A stretch of 64,000 bases of DNA, taken from Chlorokybus atmophyticus. Lineage: Eukaryota > Plantae > Mesostigma and Chlorokybus algae. The stretch lies in NCBI GenBank assembly GCA_009103225.1, contig RHPI01000810.1:372001-436000 (forward strand), in the 5' to 3' direction. Shown one piece after another: positions 50,351 through 62,424 of the stretch. Below the pieces are notes generated by a model that worked only from the letters and a program-made list of their open reading frames with translations, made no database searches and was not told the DNA's origin. Position numbers and translations under genes: made by a program. Position 1 is the first letter of the stretch. Each line of letters opens with the position of its first letter.

Positions 50351-53300
50351 TGTTAGGGGCTGCCGAACTTGTTTTATCTGTTGAGTCTGCTGCCTTGCTT
50401 ATGATGAACATGAGGTCGATGAAGGTCTATTTGGCTAGCCATGTTGTTATTTATGCCGATTTTCCATGCTGTTATCCATGCTGTGGTGGTGCTATGAGGG
50501 GTGCTGACTTGTTATGACAAGGCTAACCACCGTCCTAACCGCTCCAACGCGATCTGCTAACATGATAGCCTGCAACCATTATTGTACAGGGTCTTCTAGA
50601 AAAACAACAGCAGTGGCGGCTGGGGGTCCAGCAAGTTGTCATTGCAATCATCAGCGTCTGCGTCGTGTTTACCCAAGCTGCTGTGCCCAAGCCCTGACCT
50701 AATTCTCGCGCCTCTCTACTGTGCAGGTTGTGCTTTAAACTTTCGTATCTGCATGCTCCTGGCCTACCCACGCCTGCCGGTCTGGAGGTCCGGTCCAAGT
50801 CTACGGCTATGGTAGAGTATTGTCTTGGCTTGGGTAGCTTGATGTTGAAAGGCTGTGGTTGGCCCCCCGTAAAATTGAGTGCTTGTGGGTGTTTGCTGCT
50901 ATGTGCTATGTTTTCACGTGCATGCAATTTTTAAAAGGAGTGTGCTTCGCGCAGCGTTTGAGTATGTTACGTGTTTAGCCCGGGATTCTAGTTGAGCCGT
51001 TGGTTTCGTCTAGAGGCCGATGATCCCCTTGCCAGGGCCGGCTTAGGGCAGGTCAGCAAGTGCCATTGCACTTGCATGTTTGCGTTGTTGTGCATGACTG
51101 CTGTGCATAGCATGCGGGGCCAAGCAGAGTTTGTAGCGTGTGTTAGGGTTTTGGTCTAGCATTCTTGCGATTGTGTCTAATGTCCCCGCTTAGGGCCCTG
51201 TAAGCTCACACTAAGGGTCTAGTGTGAGCTACAGGGCCCCAGCAAGCATGCCGAGCCAGGCGGACTGGCAAGAGCACCAGCGGCATATCACCCAAGTGAA
51301 TACCTACTGGAAGCTACCAATTTTGAATAAACTACGTGCGAAAGCATAGAGGTTTGCACCTACACCACATGCTGTGCATATTGCGGAGACCACATGTCAT
51401 ATATGTTATGTTCCAAACTATGCGAAGTAAAAAAGGTTATGTGGGTTTGATAAAAAACATTGCTTCTGTTAAATGGCAGCAGCACTAACTGTCAGCTGCT
51501 GTCAGTAAGGCTACAGACGTAGAAATAGGGATGCTACTAATAAGGCTTGATGCTTGGTCGATTTCAGCTGTGGAACAATTGCCAAAGTGTGACCCACCCA
51601 GACTTTAGCAACGACAAGCACGAGGACGATAGCGCAAGTAGATTTTGTACTTGCGCTCACACCAACCCTCCGGCTACAATGAAAACGCAAGGGCTTGGAA
51701 AGGTCACGCCCATCACACAGGCGTACTTGCACGCATGTGTGTGCACGTGTGTTGACAGGGCATCAAGCACTTGTGCCGAGTGGGTGAAGGACTTTTGCGT
51801 GCAGAGATCACACACGACATTTGCAGTATGCACATTGCATGCTGGCACTTTCACCGCACAGCAAATGCAGTGTTATAAACGTTGTGACCTCTATTGTCAC
51901 AGCCCACTCGACCACACAAAAGACTTGGTGCTTTTATTGTCGATTTGTAGTAATATAATGCACCTTCCCGTTACATTCCCCCACTTAAGAACGCTGACGT
52001 CCTCGGCAGCTGGCTCGCATCAGCTGGGGAATTATCCCAGGGGTTTGATTAGGGTCGGTCACCGGCCCCACTGCCCAAGAAACGGCCAATTTAGGCCCAT
52101 ACCAGTCAACGCGTGCATATCGCACCGCTGCCGGCCCCACAGGCTGCGTCGCCGCGATAGGCAGGTCGCGCCCTGCCATCGATGGGTCGCAACTTGCCCA
52201 AAGGCAGTCGGGCCGACCGAACTGGTTAGTTCGGCCCGACTGCCTTTAGGCAAGTTGCGACCCATCGATGATGGCACTCATAACGTGACCATTTACGATG
52301 TTATTGGATCGAGAAACAATGATCGCGGAATTCGTGTGTAAGGCAGGAATTGAACGCGGGTCTCAAGCTCCGATGACCAATGTCATAGCCCACTCGACCA
52401 CAAAAGACTTGGTGCTTCTATGGTCGATTTGTGGTAATTCAATTCTTAAGTGGGGGGGGAATGTAACGGGAAGGTACATTAGCACAAATCAACCATCAAA
52501 GCACCAAGTCTTTTGTGGTCGAGAGCTTGAGACCCGGGTTCGATTCCTACCTTGCACACGAATTCCGCCATCGTTATTTCGCGATCCAATAACTTCGTAA
52601 ATGGTCACTTTATAGGTGCCAACATTGATGGGTCGCGACTTGCCTAATGGCAGACGTGCCGAATTGACTAGTCGGCGCGGCAGGGCGCGACCTGCCTATC
52701 GCGGCGACGCAACCTGTGGGGCCGGCAGCGTTTCGCTATGCGCGCGTTGACCGGTATTGGCCTAAATTAGCCGGTCCTTTGCTGGTGGGGCCGGTGACCG
52801 ACCCTAATCAGACCCCTGGGATGATTCCCCAGCTGATGCGAGCCAGCTGCCGAGGACGTCAGCGTTTTTAAGTGGGGGGGAATGTAACGGGAAGGTACAT
52901 TAAATGACCACAAATCGACCATAAAAGCACCAAGTCTTTTGTGGTCGAGTGGGCTGTGACATCTATCATATGTTGAATCTAAATTACATATCCACTTCAG
53001 CCCAACTGCAGTTGATATAAGGTTACGCATCATCCATTCAAAGATCTCTACAGCTAGCGGTGCAGTTGACATATGTGAGGAGATCACGGGGACATGCAGG
53101 CAGCAACTTGATTATCCACCGCATTATCCCCCTTTCCCAAGTGCAGTGGCGGACATGCTCAACCTCCCGCAGCTTCTGGCTGATCCAAACCTCACAGCGC
53201 TGACACCAGGACTACGACAATAATGGCGCGCCCTAGTCATCCACTGGCGGTACAAGAAAACCCTGGGTCAAGTCATTTGCAACCGTTCTACCATTGCGCA

Positions 53301-55785
53301 GACCTCTATGCATGTCACTGAATGAGCAGCATGGTGTGATGCATGCTAAGTGTCTGTGTGCTGAGGACAGTTATGCACCCTATGTCCATGCTGTGTTGAG
53401 CCATGTGGTCACTTCCAACTATACTGTGCTACACTCAGCTTCCTTACGCTACTTGTTAGCTGCAGGCACCGAGTATTGCCCGCCAGCTGCTGCATGTGTC
53501 ATGGCATGTGTGTATGCCATTACACGTGGTGTGCATGACTATGCAGATGCGTGTGCAGAGCAACAAGGGTGCGACCAGTTGTTCATGACCTGGGCGGATG
53601 CTGTTGTCACTAAGATGAAAGCAGAGGCAGCAATCCTCAGTGTTGCTGCATTCATAGCAAACCAACGGGCCCCAAACTGCACTGCTTCAGACATGCATGA
53701 TACATTTGTTTACCGAAAATCGATAGATGTAATGGGGTGTATGCAATCTTGTGCAAGCATTGGTACTTCATTAGTACATCACGTTATTATATGCTGAACT
53801 ACCGACCCCGACATATGAGTAGGTGCAAGAGCTAAGGCCGCAAATCCTACAAACACATAAAGACTTCACCGCCAACTTGGGATATCGTCCAGTACAGCAG
53901 GCAGCAAGACGCCTACCACATTTGTACCCAACCTTGAACTGCACAAGGACCCCACAAGGCCCCATTTTATTGCTACTGCATACTGTACTTCACTGTCTAG
54001 GATCAGCATTCAGCTAACTCGCGTCTATAAGGTCTTGTCACCCTGTGTTGTGAGCGACTGTTGTGGCAATGCCCAGGGTTCGCAGTAGCTGGATCTTGCA
54101 AAAGATTCGTTGGGGATGCGACGCCTTCTGCAGCATTGGAATACAACTAAATCCACAACATTTAAGCACGTCAAAGTCCGCTTGGCAATATATGATTTTT
54201 ATAAATCTTTACACAATATCAATTATGCCAACTTGTTGCACTGCATGTCAGTGTCAGAGTTAGTGGATGAGCTGTTTGTCCATGCAGCTGCACAGCACCG
54301 TGGCAACTATGTGCTGAAGGTCATATACGTTAGTGGTGTCGTGCAGCACCTGTGGGTGCGACAGTCCACTACTCACCGAGATACACATGCAGTCAAGTTA
54401 TACACCACAGGCATGTGCATGCATTATTGCAATACCTCTTTGACAATCTGTTTATAAGTACTGCAGGTAACTAGGTGCACAAGCAACCGGTAGGCATTCC
54501 CATGGGAAACAATGCCGGGGTCTACGTGGCGAAGCTGTACTTGGGCTCCAAAGAGTTGCGCTTTGTGAAGTAGCTGAAGCAGCAAGGGCTGCATAATCAG
54601 CTGCAGCATTGGTGCACATCAGCTGTGAGGTATGTGGACGGCCTGCTCGTCGTGGGTCCGCAGAACTTTGCATCGTTTTTGTACACGGGTTTTGATGTGC
54701 TTGATGGAGGTAATTATCCATAAGACACACTCACCGTCACTGAGTCTGCACAGGGCAACAGCATTCACTTTCTGGACATGAGTCTTTTCAACTGGTAACA
54801 TTGGCCTAAGCATGAGGGTGTACCGTAAGTTGGATGACTTGCAGTTTGTGGGTATACCAAGGCGCAGAGCCCCACACCTTGGCACGAACATTGCCAAGCA
54901 GGTAAAGCTAGGTGTGATGGTTTCACAGTGAATATGGTTTTGAGGTTTAGTACTTACCAAAGGGCACTTTGTGACTCACAAGCCTGAGATGCTAAACAGC
55001 ATGATGCGAGAGGGCTATGCATGCAGTGTGATGTTGTCCAAGCTACGCAGGTGGATTTACAGACCGCGGGGAATGGTATATGATACGACCTACAAGCAAT
55101 TGTTTCAACTGATGTGCAAGCAGTTGAGGGACATGCAGAGGTAAGTGACAAGTAAGTCACAGGTAAGAAAGTGTGGGGAGCGAAAACGCTGCCCGCATGT
55201 ATGTCAGGGGCTGCCTAACTTGTATGATCTGTCGAATCTGCTGCCTGCTTATGGATGAACATGAGTTCGGTGAGGGTCTATTCTGTTAGCCATGCCGTCA
55301 TCCATGCTATGGTGGGTGTTGACCTCACGATAAGGCTAACTGTCCTAGTCGTTTTAATGCGATCTGCTTACATGATAGCCTGCAGCCATTGTTGTGCAGG
55401 ATCTTCTAGCAAAAACGCAGCGGTGGCGACGGGGGGCCCAGCAAGTTGTCGTCGCAGTCGTCTGCGACAGCGTCAGCGTCGTGTTCGTCAAAGCTGCTGC
55501 GCCCAAGCCCTGGCCTGACTCCCGCCTTTGCTGTGCAGGTTGTGCTTCAAAACTTCGTATCTGCATGCTCCTGGCCTGCCCCTGCCTGCCTATCTAGAGG
55601 GTCCGGTCTGAGTCTACGGCTAGGATAGAGTACTGTCTTGGCTTGGGTAGCTCGATGTCGAAAGGCTCTAGCTGGCCCCCCGTCTAATCAAGTGTGCTTG
55701 TGGGTGTTTGCTGCTGTGTGCTGTTTTTTTCACATGCATGCGACTTTCTGAAGGAATGTGCTGCGCGCAACTCTTGAGTATGTTA
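50351..55785 (+). mobile_element. Degenerate Penelope-like element (Naiad/Chlamys-like) with about 600-bp terminal direct repeats (50351-50970, 55202-55785)
   Basis: HVVTSNYTVLHSASLRYLLAAGTEY (pre-RT motif), YDFYKSLHNINY, QPVGIPMGNNAGVYVAKLYL (54480-54545), RYVDG (degenerate YxDD, about 54631), IHFLDM, MRVYRK and REGY. Both repeats begin AGGGGCTGCC and end GAGTATGTTA. Confidence 0.7.
51895..52961. mobile_element. Inverted (head-to-head) dimer of TRIM family 2 inserted in the Penelope-like element
   Basis: Minus copy at 51895-about 52440 and plus copy at about 52441-52961. Both outer ends are LTR 3' ends (TGTCAC... and ...GTGACA). TSD TCTAT at 51890-51894 and 52962-52966. Confidence 0.85.
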
Positions 55786-56846
55786 TGTATGTACAATTGA
55801 CAATATGTCATACTATCTTTGTCGCATAAGGCATAACAAATGTCACCTTGTCCAAACAGGCAAGTGTCGGGTCCGGTGAGACTGGCTTTTGCATGCTGAG
55901 ATGGAATACATTATTGTTACATGTTCATTTCATGTTATTCTACCATTCAATATCTCTATTAAAGACCATCTGATGAGAAGAGGACATAAAGAGCAACAAG
56001 AGGACTGCATATACTAGTTAGTAACCAATGACAAATGCGTGCACATTTAAACATTGTGCCTTATGAGTCAGTTGTAAGCTCACTACAAGCTGATACAAAC
56101 GTGCAAGTTAATGCAACGACAACAATAAATTTGTCGATAGGTGCTTACAATAACATAAACAATTCGCATCATTATTACAGATCTATCAAAGTAGCATACC
56201 AATTAAACCATGCACCATGCACGCTGATGTATTCATCATAGCGGCCGAACCAACACTGTAGAATGAGACACCACTGCACGAATGTGATGACAAGCAACCT
56301 CAGAATGCAGCTGAAACTGCACATCGTGCTGCGTGCAGGTAACATCGAAGTGTGCTTGTACGCGCATAAGCATAACTGAATGGTAGACAGGGCAGGACTA
56401 GAGCAAAGCCAATAGCAATCGCCACAAAGCCAACCCACAACCAAACCAACTCACAACCGGATGCGTGCATGACTAATGGGGTTGATGGTGTCGTAAGTAG
56501 TAATGGTGGTAATGGTAATAGTGGTCATGTACATAAGTCCGGAAGACCAATGTATACGGGGTGCTGCATCATGTATATAGAGACGGATGGTGAGTGTGCA
56601 TGGCTGCTGTTGGGACGCGCATTTTTGTTAGCTTGCACATAAATGTTGCTTTACTTACGTGCACACTATGCATATTTCATCTTTTGTACACAGCAAGTCT
56701 ACTTGTTTGGTCAATATCCTAGGTGGATGACAGTGTGCTACTCTGACAGAAATCCATGTCCCAAAAGGCTTCAGGCAAACTAATCATGGCGTCCAGCACT
56801 GACACGGCCTAGACAAACACCAATCTCTAAACAGAGAAGCTGCTGC

Positions 56847-59036
56847 TTATATCAAGTAGTCTCGGGGGTCAGCAACCTTGCCTGTCAATGCGGAGGCGGC
56901 AGCGGTGTATGGGGATGCAAGGAAAATCTCAGCCTCCTTGTGGCCCATTCTTCCAGGAAAGTTGCGGTTGGTTGTGGACACGCACGCCTTGGGCTCATTC
57001 ATGCGAGCATACGTGTCCTTTGGACCTCCCAAGCAGGCAGCGCATGACGGGGCAGCGATAGGGTCACAGCCAGCATCAATAAACACCTGTGCCATGGTCT
57101 TGCCAGACCCAGGCACCTCCATTGTGTGAACGTCCATCCAAACCTTTTGTGTCGCAGGTACCAAGAACGTCGGCACCTTCACCTGCCTGCTTGCCTTGTG
57201 AAACAACTCAGCGGCAGCCAAGAAGTCCTCGGTCTTGCCACCCGTGCACGATCCAATGTAGACCCTGTCTATGCTTTTGTCCTTACAGTCAAGGGCGCGA
57301 GCGCGGTTGTCTGGGGAATGCGGCTTTGCGACGACAGGCTCCAACTTGGAAACATCAAACCGATACTCCTCGTAGAAGCTGGCGTCGCCATCTGTGTACT
57401 GAGGCTCAAAGTCCTTGTCTGTCCTGGCCTTAACATAGGAGAAGGTCGTCTCGTCCGCCGCAACAATACCGTTCTTGCCGCCTGCCTCAATGGCCATGTT
57501 GCAGAGTGTCATGCGATCCTCCATGGTCATGGCTTCCACAGCGGTACCGCAGAACTCCATCGCTCTGTATGTTGCACCAGACACCGTAATCTCTCCAATG
57601 ATATGCAGGATCAGGTCCTTGGCCAGCAAATATGGAGGCATCTCGCCGTCCAAAACAAATCGCATTGTGGGAGGCACCTGCAATGGTGACACGAACAATG
57701 TTGAGGACAATGCCTGACTAATGGACCATGTGTTTAAAGACATGTTGGGCTGAATGCTTGCTTGCTTTGAAGCACTTTGCAGACGTACCTTGATCAACAA
57801 CTTGCCGGTCCCAAGAATAAAGCCTGCATCTGTGTTGCCAATGCCAGTAGCGAATTGCCCAAAAGCACCAGCATTGCATGTATGCGAGTCTGTTCCAAAC
57901 AGCACCTGCAACGTAGATAACGGTCAACATACTTGTCCGCGCGCGCACAGCTTCGATCTAAAGAAACAGTCAGCTGACGTCCTCACCTCCCCGGGTCTGC
58001 AGTGGCCTTCTTGAGCCAGCGCCACGTGGCAAACGCCCTTGTAATCTGGATTAACCTGCAATGTCCCCAAAGCCGTCGCTGACCATTCAGGATGAGGACA
58101 AGAGCAAAGCCTAGCCTACTCACTTTGCATCCTGACCAATGCGCACGTACAACCATGACATGCATTGATGCCCCCAGAATGTGTAACCAACATACCTTGA
58201 AATCGCTGAGGTCAGTGATATCATAAAAATACTTGATGCCCTGCTCGTGAGCAAACTCCCTCAAGATATCCACATTGCGGTTGGCTCGCGCATCAGCTGT
58301 AAAGATGTAGTGATCTGGGATGAGGACGACCTTCTCAGCATCCCAAACCTGAGAACACAGCAGTCACGTAGTGTTCACTTGGTCTGCTGCTCACAAGGCT
58401 TGATAAGGCTTGGGGAAGCCAAAGAATGGAGCCCAGACGAGATCTGATGACAAGCTATATGAACGATGCCGACGGCAGCTGCCAAGTTGAGTGTTGCTGA
58501 GCGATATCAACATGCTACGCAGTGACACACCTTCGCATTCTCTCCAAACTCCTTCTTGAAGATGCCAATGGTCCCTGGACCGCAGACGTCATGTGTCATC
58601 AACACATCAGTGTTCACCCACACGTTCTCTCCCGCCTTGACACTAGACTTCCCAGATGCCCGCGCCAAAATCTTTTCCGTCATGGTCATCGCCGACTTCA
58701 CCTGTCATGCACAGCGTGAGACAAGCATACAGGCAGACGCGAGGGCATGCGCTAAGAAGCAGGCAGAGCTGCCTACAACGCGGGGTTCAGCTGCAAGCAA
58801 GACAGCCGAGCCTTCCGCAGCATGGCAAGCAAAGCAACTGTCGCTTTCAAGCTACTGACCTGGCCAGTTTGCGCAACGTCCTTCTTTGGCGCCGGCGGAG
58901 CCATTGTTGCTTGCACAGGGCCAGCGCGCTGTTGCCGCCTGCGTGATGGCTGCCTAGTGCTGGCAAGCGCCTCTCCCTGAAACGACGACGATGACACGCT
59001 CGCCGTCCCACTGATCCTCACCCCGACAGCCGCCAT
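56847..59036 (-). CDS. leuC: 3-isopropylmalate dehydratase large subunit, plastid-targeted, multi-exon
   Basis: MTMTEKILARASG, DVLMTHDVCGPGT, GTDSHTCNAGAFGQFATGIGNTD, YIGSCTGGKTEDF, PSCAACLGGP, STTNRNFPGRMG, LASPYTAAASALTG. Transit-peptide-like N-terminus MAAVGVRISG... Confidence 0.95.
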
Positions 59037-59362
59037 ACTGCACGAGAACCGACAGCACCACCTCAACCAACCAACCCGCCGCCTGCCTACCGCTGCGCCC
59101 ACGCCGACGCCGCCGCCGCTGCTGCTGCCGCTACGTAGCTGGTCTACGGAATTGCAGCTTGATGACCAGCTGTTTGGGGATTTAAAGGCTAACCATGCAT
59201 CTCTTTGACTGACTCATTCGCCGTTTGCCTGCAAAGGCTTGTCCCGTTCGAACCAGGTTAGGCTTGGACTGCAGTCAAGTCGTACGACACTCGCGCTAAC
59301 CGTGCCCCTCGCCGCCTGTTGCGCTGCGCTGCGCTGCGGGCGGCGGCGGTGGCGGTGGTGGG
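59037..59362. promoter_or_regulatory. Short shared upstream region (probable bidirectional promoter) with a TGACTCA bZIP-type motif at 59210-59216
   Basis: 326 bp separate the two divergent ATGs. TGACTCA lies near the midpoint. Confidence 0.4.
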
Positions 59363-62300
59363 ATGGCCATGAGCTTTGCTGCAGCGAGCTCCAGCAGCCG
59401 TCTGGCACGCGTTGCTACCGCTGGCCAAAGCCGGCTGCAGCTTTCGCATGCGGCTGTGCAGACCGCCGCTAGCAGCAGGCCTGCGACGGGGAGGGAGGAG
59501 GCGAGGGGAGCTGTGTCGGCAGTGCTGCCTTCTCGCAGGGAGTTTTACGGAGCGTCTTGCTCTTGTGAGCCAGCACGCAGCGTACACTCCTCCCGAAGGA
59601 GCATTGGAAGCCACACGCAAACTGCCATTGCCGCCATTGTGGATGACGACGCCACCAGCAACAAAGTCTCACTTGTGTAAGCAATTGTCGTATTCTGCAA
59701 CAGCTTGGAAAGCCTGTCATATTTATAGCATTCTTTCCTGTGATTCCTGCTTGGAGACGAAACTCTTGCATGCATGTTGCACAGTAGAGCTCGCAAGTCC
59801 ATTTTGTACAGAAATGTCGCAGCCTTTAGAGGCGAGGAGCACGTTGAGTACCGAATGGCCCTGAGCCTGAAACGGCTTGAACAGTTACGGCATGCTCATG
59901 AGACTGGCCAGCACTTCCCATGACGTTATATGTCCGTCACTTGCACCCCAGGAAACAAAAGCAAGCCTTCTTCCACTTCCAGCCCATTTGTTATGCTACG
60001 ACCATCAACATTTCTTCTTTTAACAATCTCATAACGATCAGCCTGAGGACGAAAACGAACACCAACTTTCATCAACTATACATGGGCTAGCTCATATATG
60101 CTGCTTTAGGTCTGCATGATCTTGTCTGCCTTATAGCCAGCTGCATGTTGAAAATCCTTGATTGAGTGCGTGTTGGCAGTGTCCGGCAGCACACCATCAG
60201 TGTGTTCGTAGCTGATGAGAGTGGCATGATCAACCGTGTTGCTGGAGTCTTCGCCAGGCGCGGCTTTAACATAGATAGCTTGGCAGTGGGTCTGAACCAG
60301 GATAAGGCCGTTTTCACAGTTGTTGTAACAGGAGACGATCGCGTGACAAACCAGGTGAAAACATATGCAGCACTGCTCCTACTGCTCCTGCATGTCGCCG
60401 GTGCGATTAGCACAAGAGCCCACATGTTCCATGCATTACGCAGGTTATCAAGCAGTTGTACAAGCTGGTAAATGTTCGCAAGGTTGAGGATCTAACAGGG
60501 ACGGACCGCGTAGAGCGAGAGCTGATGCTTTTGAAGTGTACAGCTCCAGCGCAAACACGGTCTGAGGTACTTAGCTTGATTGGCTGATTGCACCTGACGT
60601 TGCAACACGCTGCATGTGTGGCTTGTTGCAACGTGGGGTGCATGTTTTCAATTTGAGTATGACTCCGTGTAGCATGCTGGCATAGTGCTGGAAAGTATCG
60701 ATGCAGCACATTGGTAGCTGATTTCCTAAGCAACATGCTGCGCTCGCTTCTGTGTTGTTGATTACATTCAGCGCATTTGTAGCTACTGGAGCTTGCTGCA
60801 ATTTTCCGAGCGCGCGTTGTTGATGTGGGCGATGAGACATTGACACTGGAGGTGATGCCACTGCAAGCATGTGCTTTGCTTCAACAACGGTAGGAACAAC
60901 CTTGTGATATGTGCAGCTTCTTGTGTTTGCAGGTCACAGGTGACCCAGGTAAGACTCTTGTGCTGCAGCGAGCGATGAGCAAATACGGCATAGTTGAGCT
61001 TGCGCGCACGGGAAAGGTTAGCAGCTGCTACACGTGAACATCTGTGAGGCAGGGAGTCAGCAAGGCACTTCTGCAAATCTCTGTCTTAGCCGTGTTTTGC
61101 TTTTTGCAGATTGCATTGCAGAGGGAACGAGATGCGAAAAGGTTACGACCTGAGTCTCGAGCAACTCGAGTACGCGAGAACTCCCCTGCCCTAGACGCAG
61201 ATTACCATCCGCCACATCCCCATGATCTGATACCAATCGCTGCGGCAGATGGACAAGATGCCTCCGAGGTATTGTGCCCCAATATAACCCTTGCGCCAAC
61301 CGCATATTGACGTGGCTTACGTCCAGGGTGACGTTTACCCATTGGAGGATGATGTCACTGGCGTGTGGGACATTCTTGACGTTGAACATGAAGACGTTGA
61401 GGTAAGAGCTGTGCTGAGTTCACTGTCGGTGACTGGAAGGCAGAGGCACAGTCCAGCCAGGCTTCATCTATTAGCATCTGTCACCAAGCTCATGTTGTGG
61501 TTGCAGGGGTTTGAACCACATGTTCTATCCCTTCTCGTTGACGATTCACCAGGTGTACTGAATCGCGTTACTGGAGTTTTTGCGCGGCGCGGTTACAACC
61601 TGCAGGTAGCTCCAATGTGACACATTTATCACTCCGTCACGACAGGTTTGCTTGAACTGATGTTGTTCGGTTCGCAGAGCCTTGCAGTGGGCAATGCGGA
61701 GTCACCTGGGGTTTCTCGCATCATCACAATATGCCCGGGCACAGATGAGTCTATCTCCAAGTTGCTGAAGCAGCTGTACAAGCTTGTCAACGTTGTAGAG
61801 GTGACAAATATGGCAGTTGACTACACATTAGAATGTGCTTGTCTCCTTCAATCTCTGAAGAGATTGTGATTCAATGGTTGTAAAGACATACTGCCAATTC
61901 CACCATACAGGCCAAGGATATCACACACGAGCCACACGTGTCAAGGGAGCTAATGCTCGTTCGCATTGGCGTTGGAGCATCACAGCGCAGGGAGGTTTTG
62001 GACATCGCATCCATTTTCAGGGCCCGCGCTATTGACATCTCACAAGATTCCTTGACCTTGGAGGTGATGTGTTCAATCTTGTTGCAATGAACATCAACCA
62101 TAGTTGCGTTGCACTGGTGCAGTTAGGTGGCGCTTTCATCCATGTTGCTTGTGTCATTGATAGTTGTTGGCTTGTTATTGCGCGCAGGTTACTGGCACGC
62201 TGGACAAGATGGCTGCCATTCAAGATTTGTTGCGACCATATGGCATTCTTCAGGTACTGCCTGCTGTGTCGCAATATTGTTGTGTCGTACATGCTGACGG

Positions 62301-62424
62301 TGTTTGTGTTTGATGCCAGGTTGCGAGGACTGGCAGGATAGCCCTGTTACGAGACTCCGGCATTGACTCAAAGTTCCTTGGGCGAGGCCTCGGTGTTGCT
62401 GCTCGTGCCGCTGCTCTTTTTTAG
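59363..62424 (+). CDS. ilvH: Acetolactate synthase small (regulatory) subunit, plant type with two ACT repeats, multi-exon
   Basis: [34 protein letters not shown] and [41 protein letters not shown] and VARTGRIAL. Stop TAG at 62422-62424. Confidence 0.95.

Noticed and set aside
50351-55785. The 600-bp direct repeats as true LTRs of a Gypsy/Copia element
   Set aside because: There are no clean TG...CA ends, PBS, PPT or TSD, and the internal RT motifs (GIPMG, FLD, VYRK) are Penelope-type.
55965-56010. Possible hammerhead ribozyme (CTGATGAG) near the PLE
   Set aside because: No stem II with a GAAA core follows, and it lies outside the terminal repeat.
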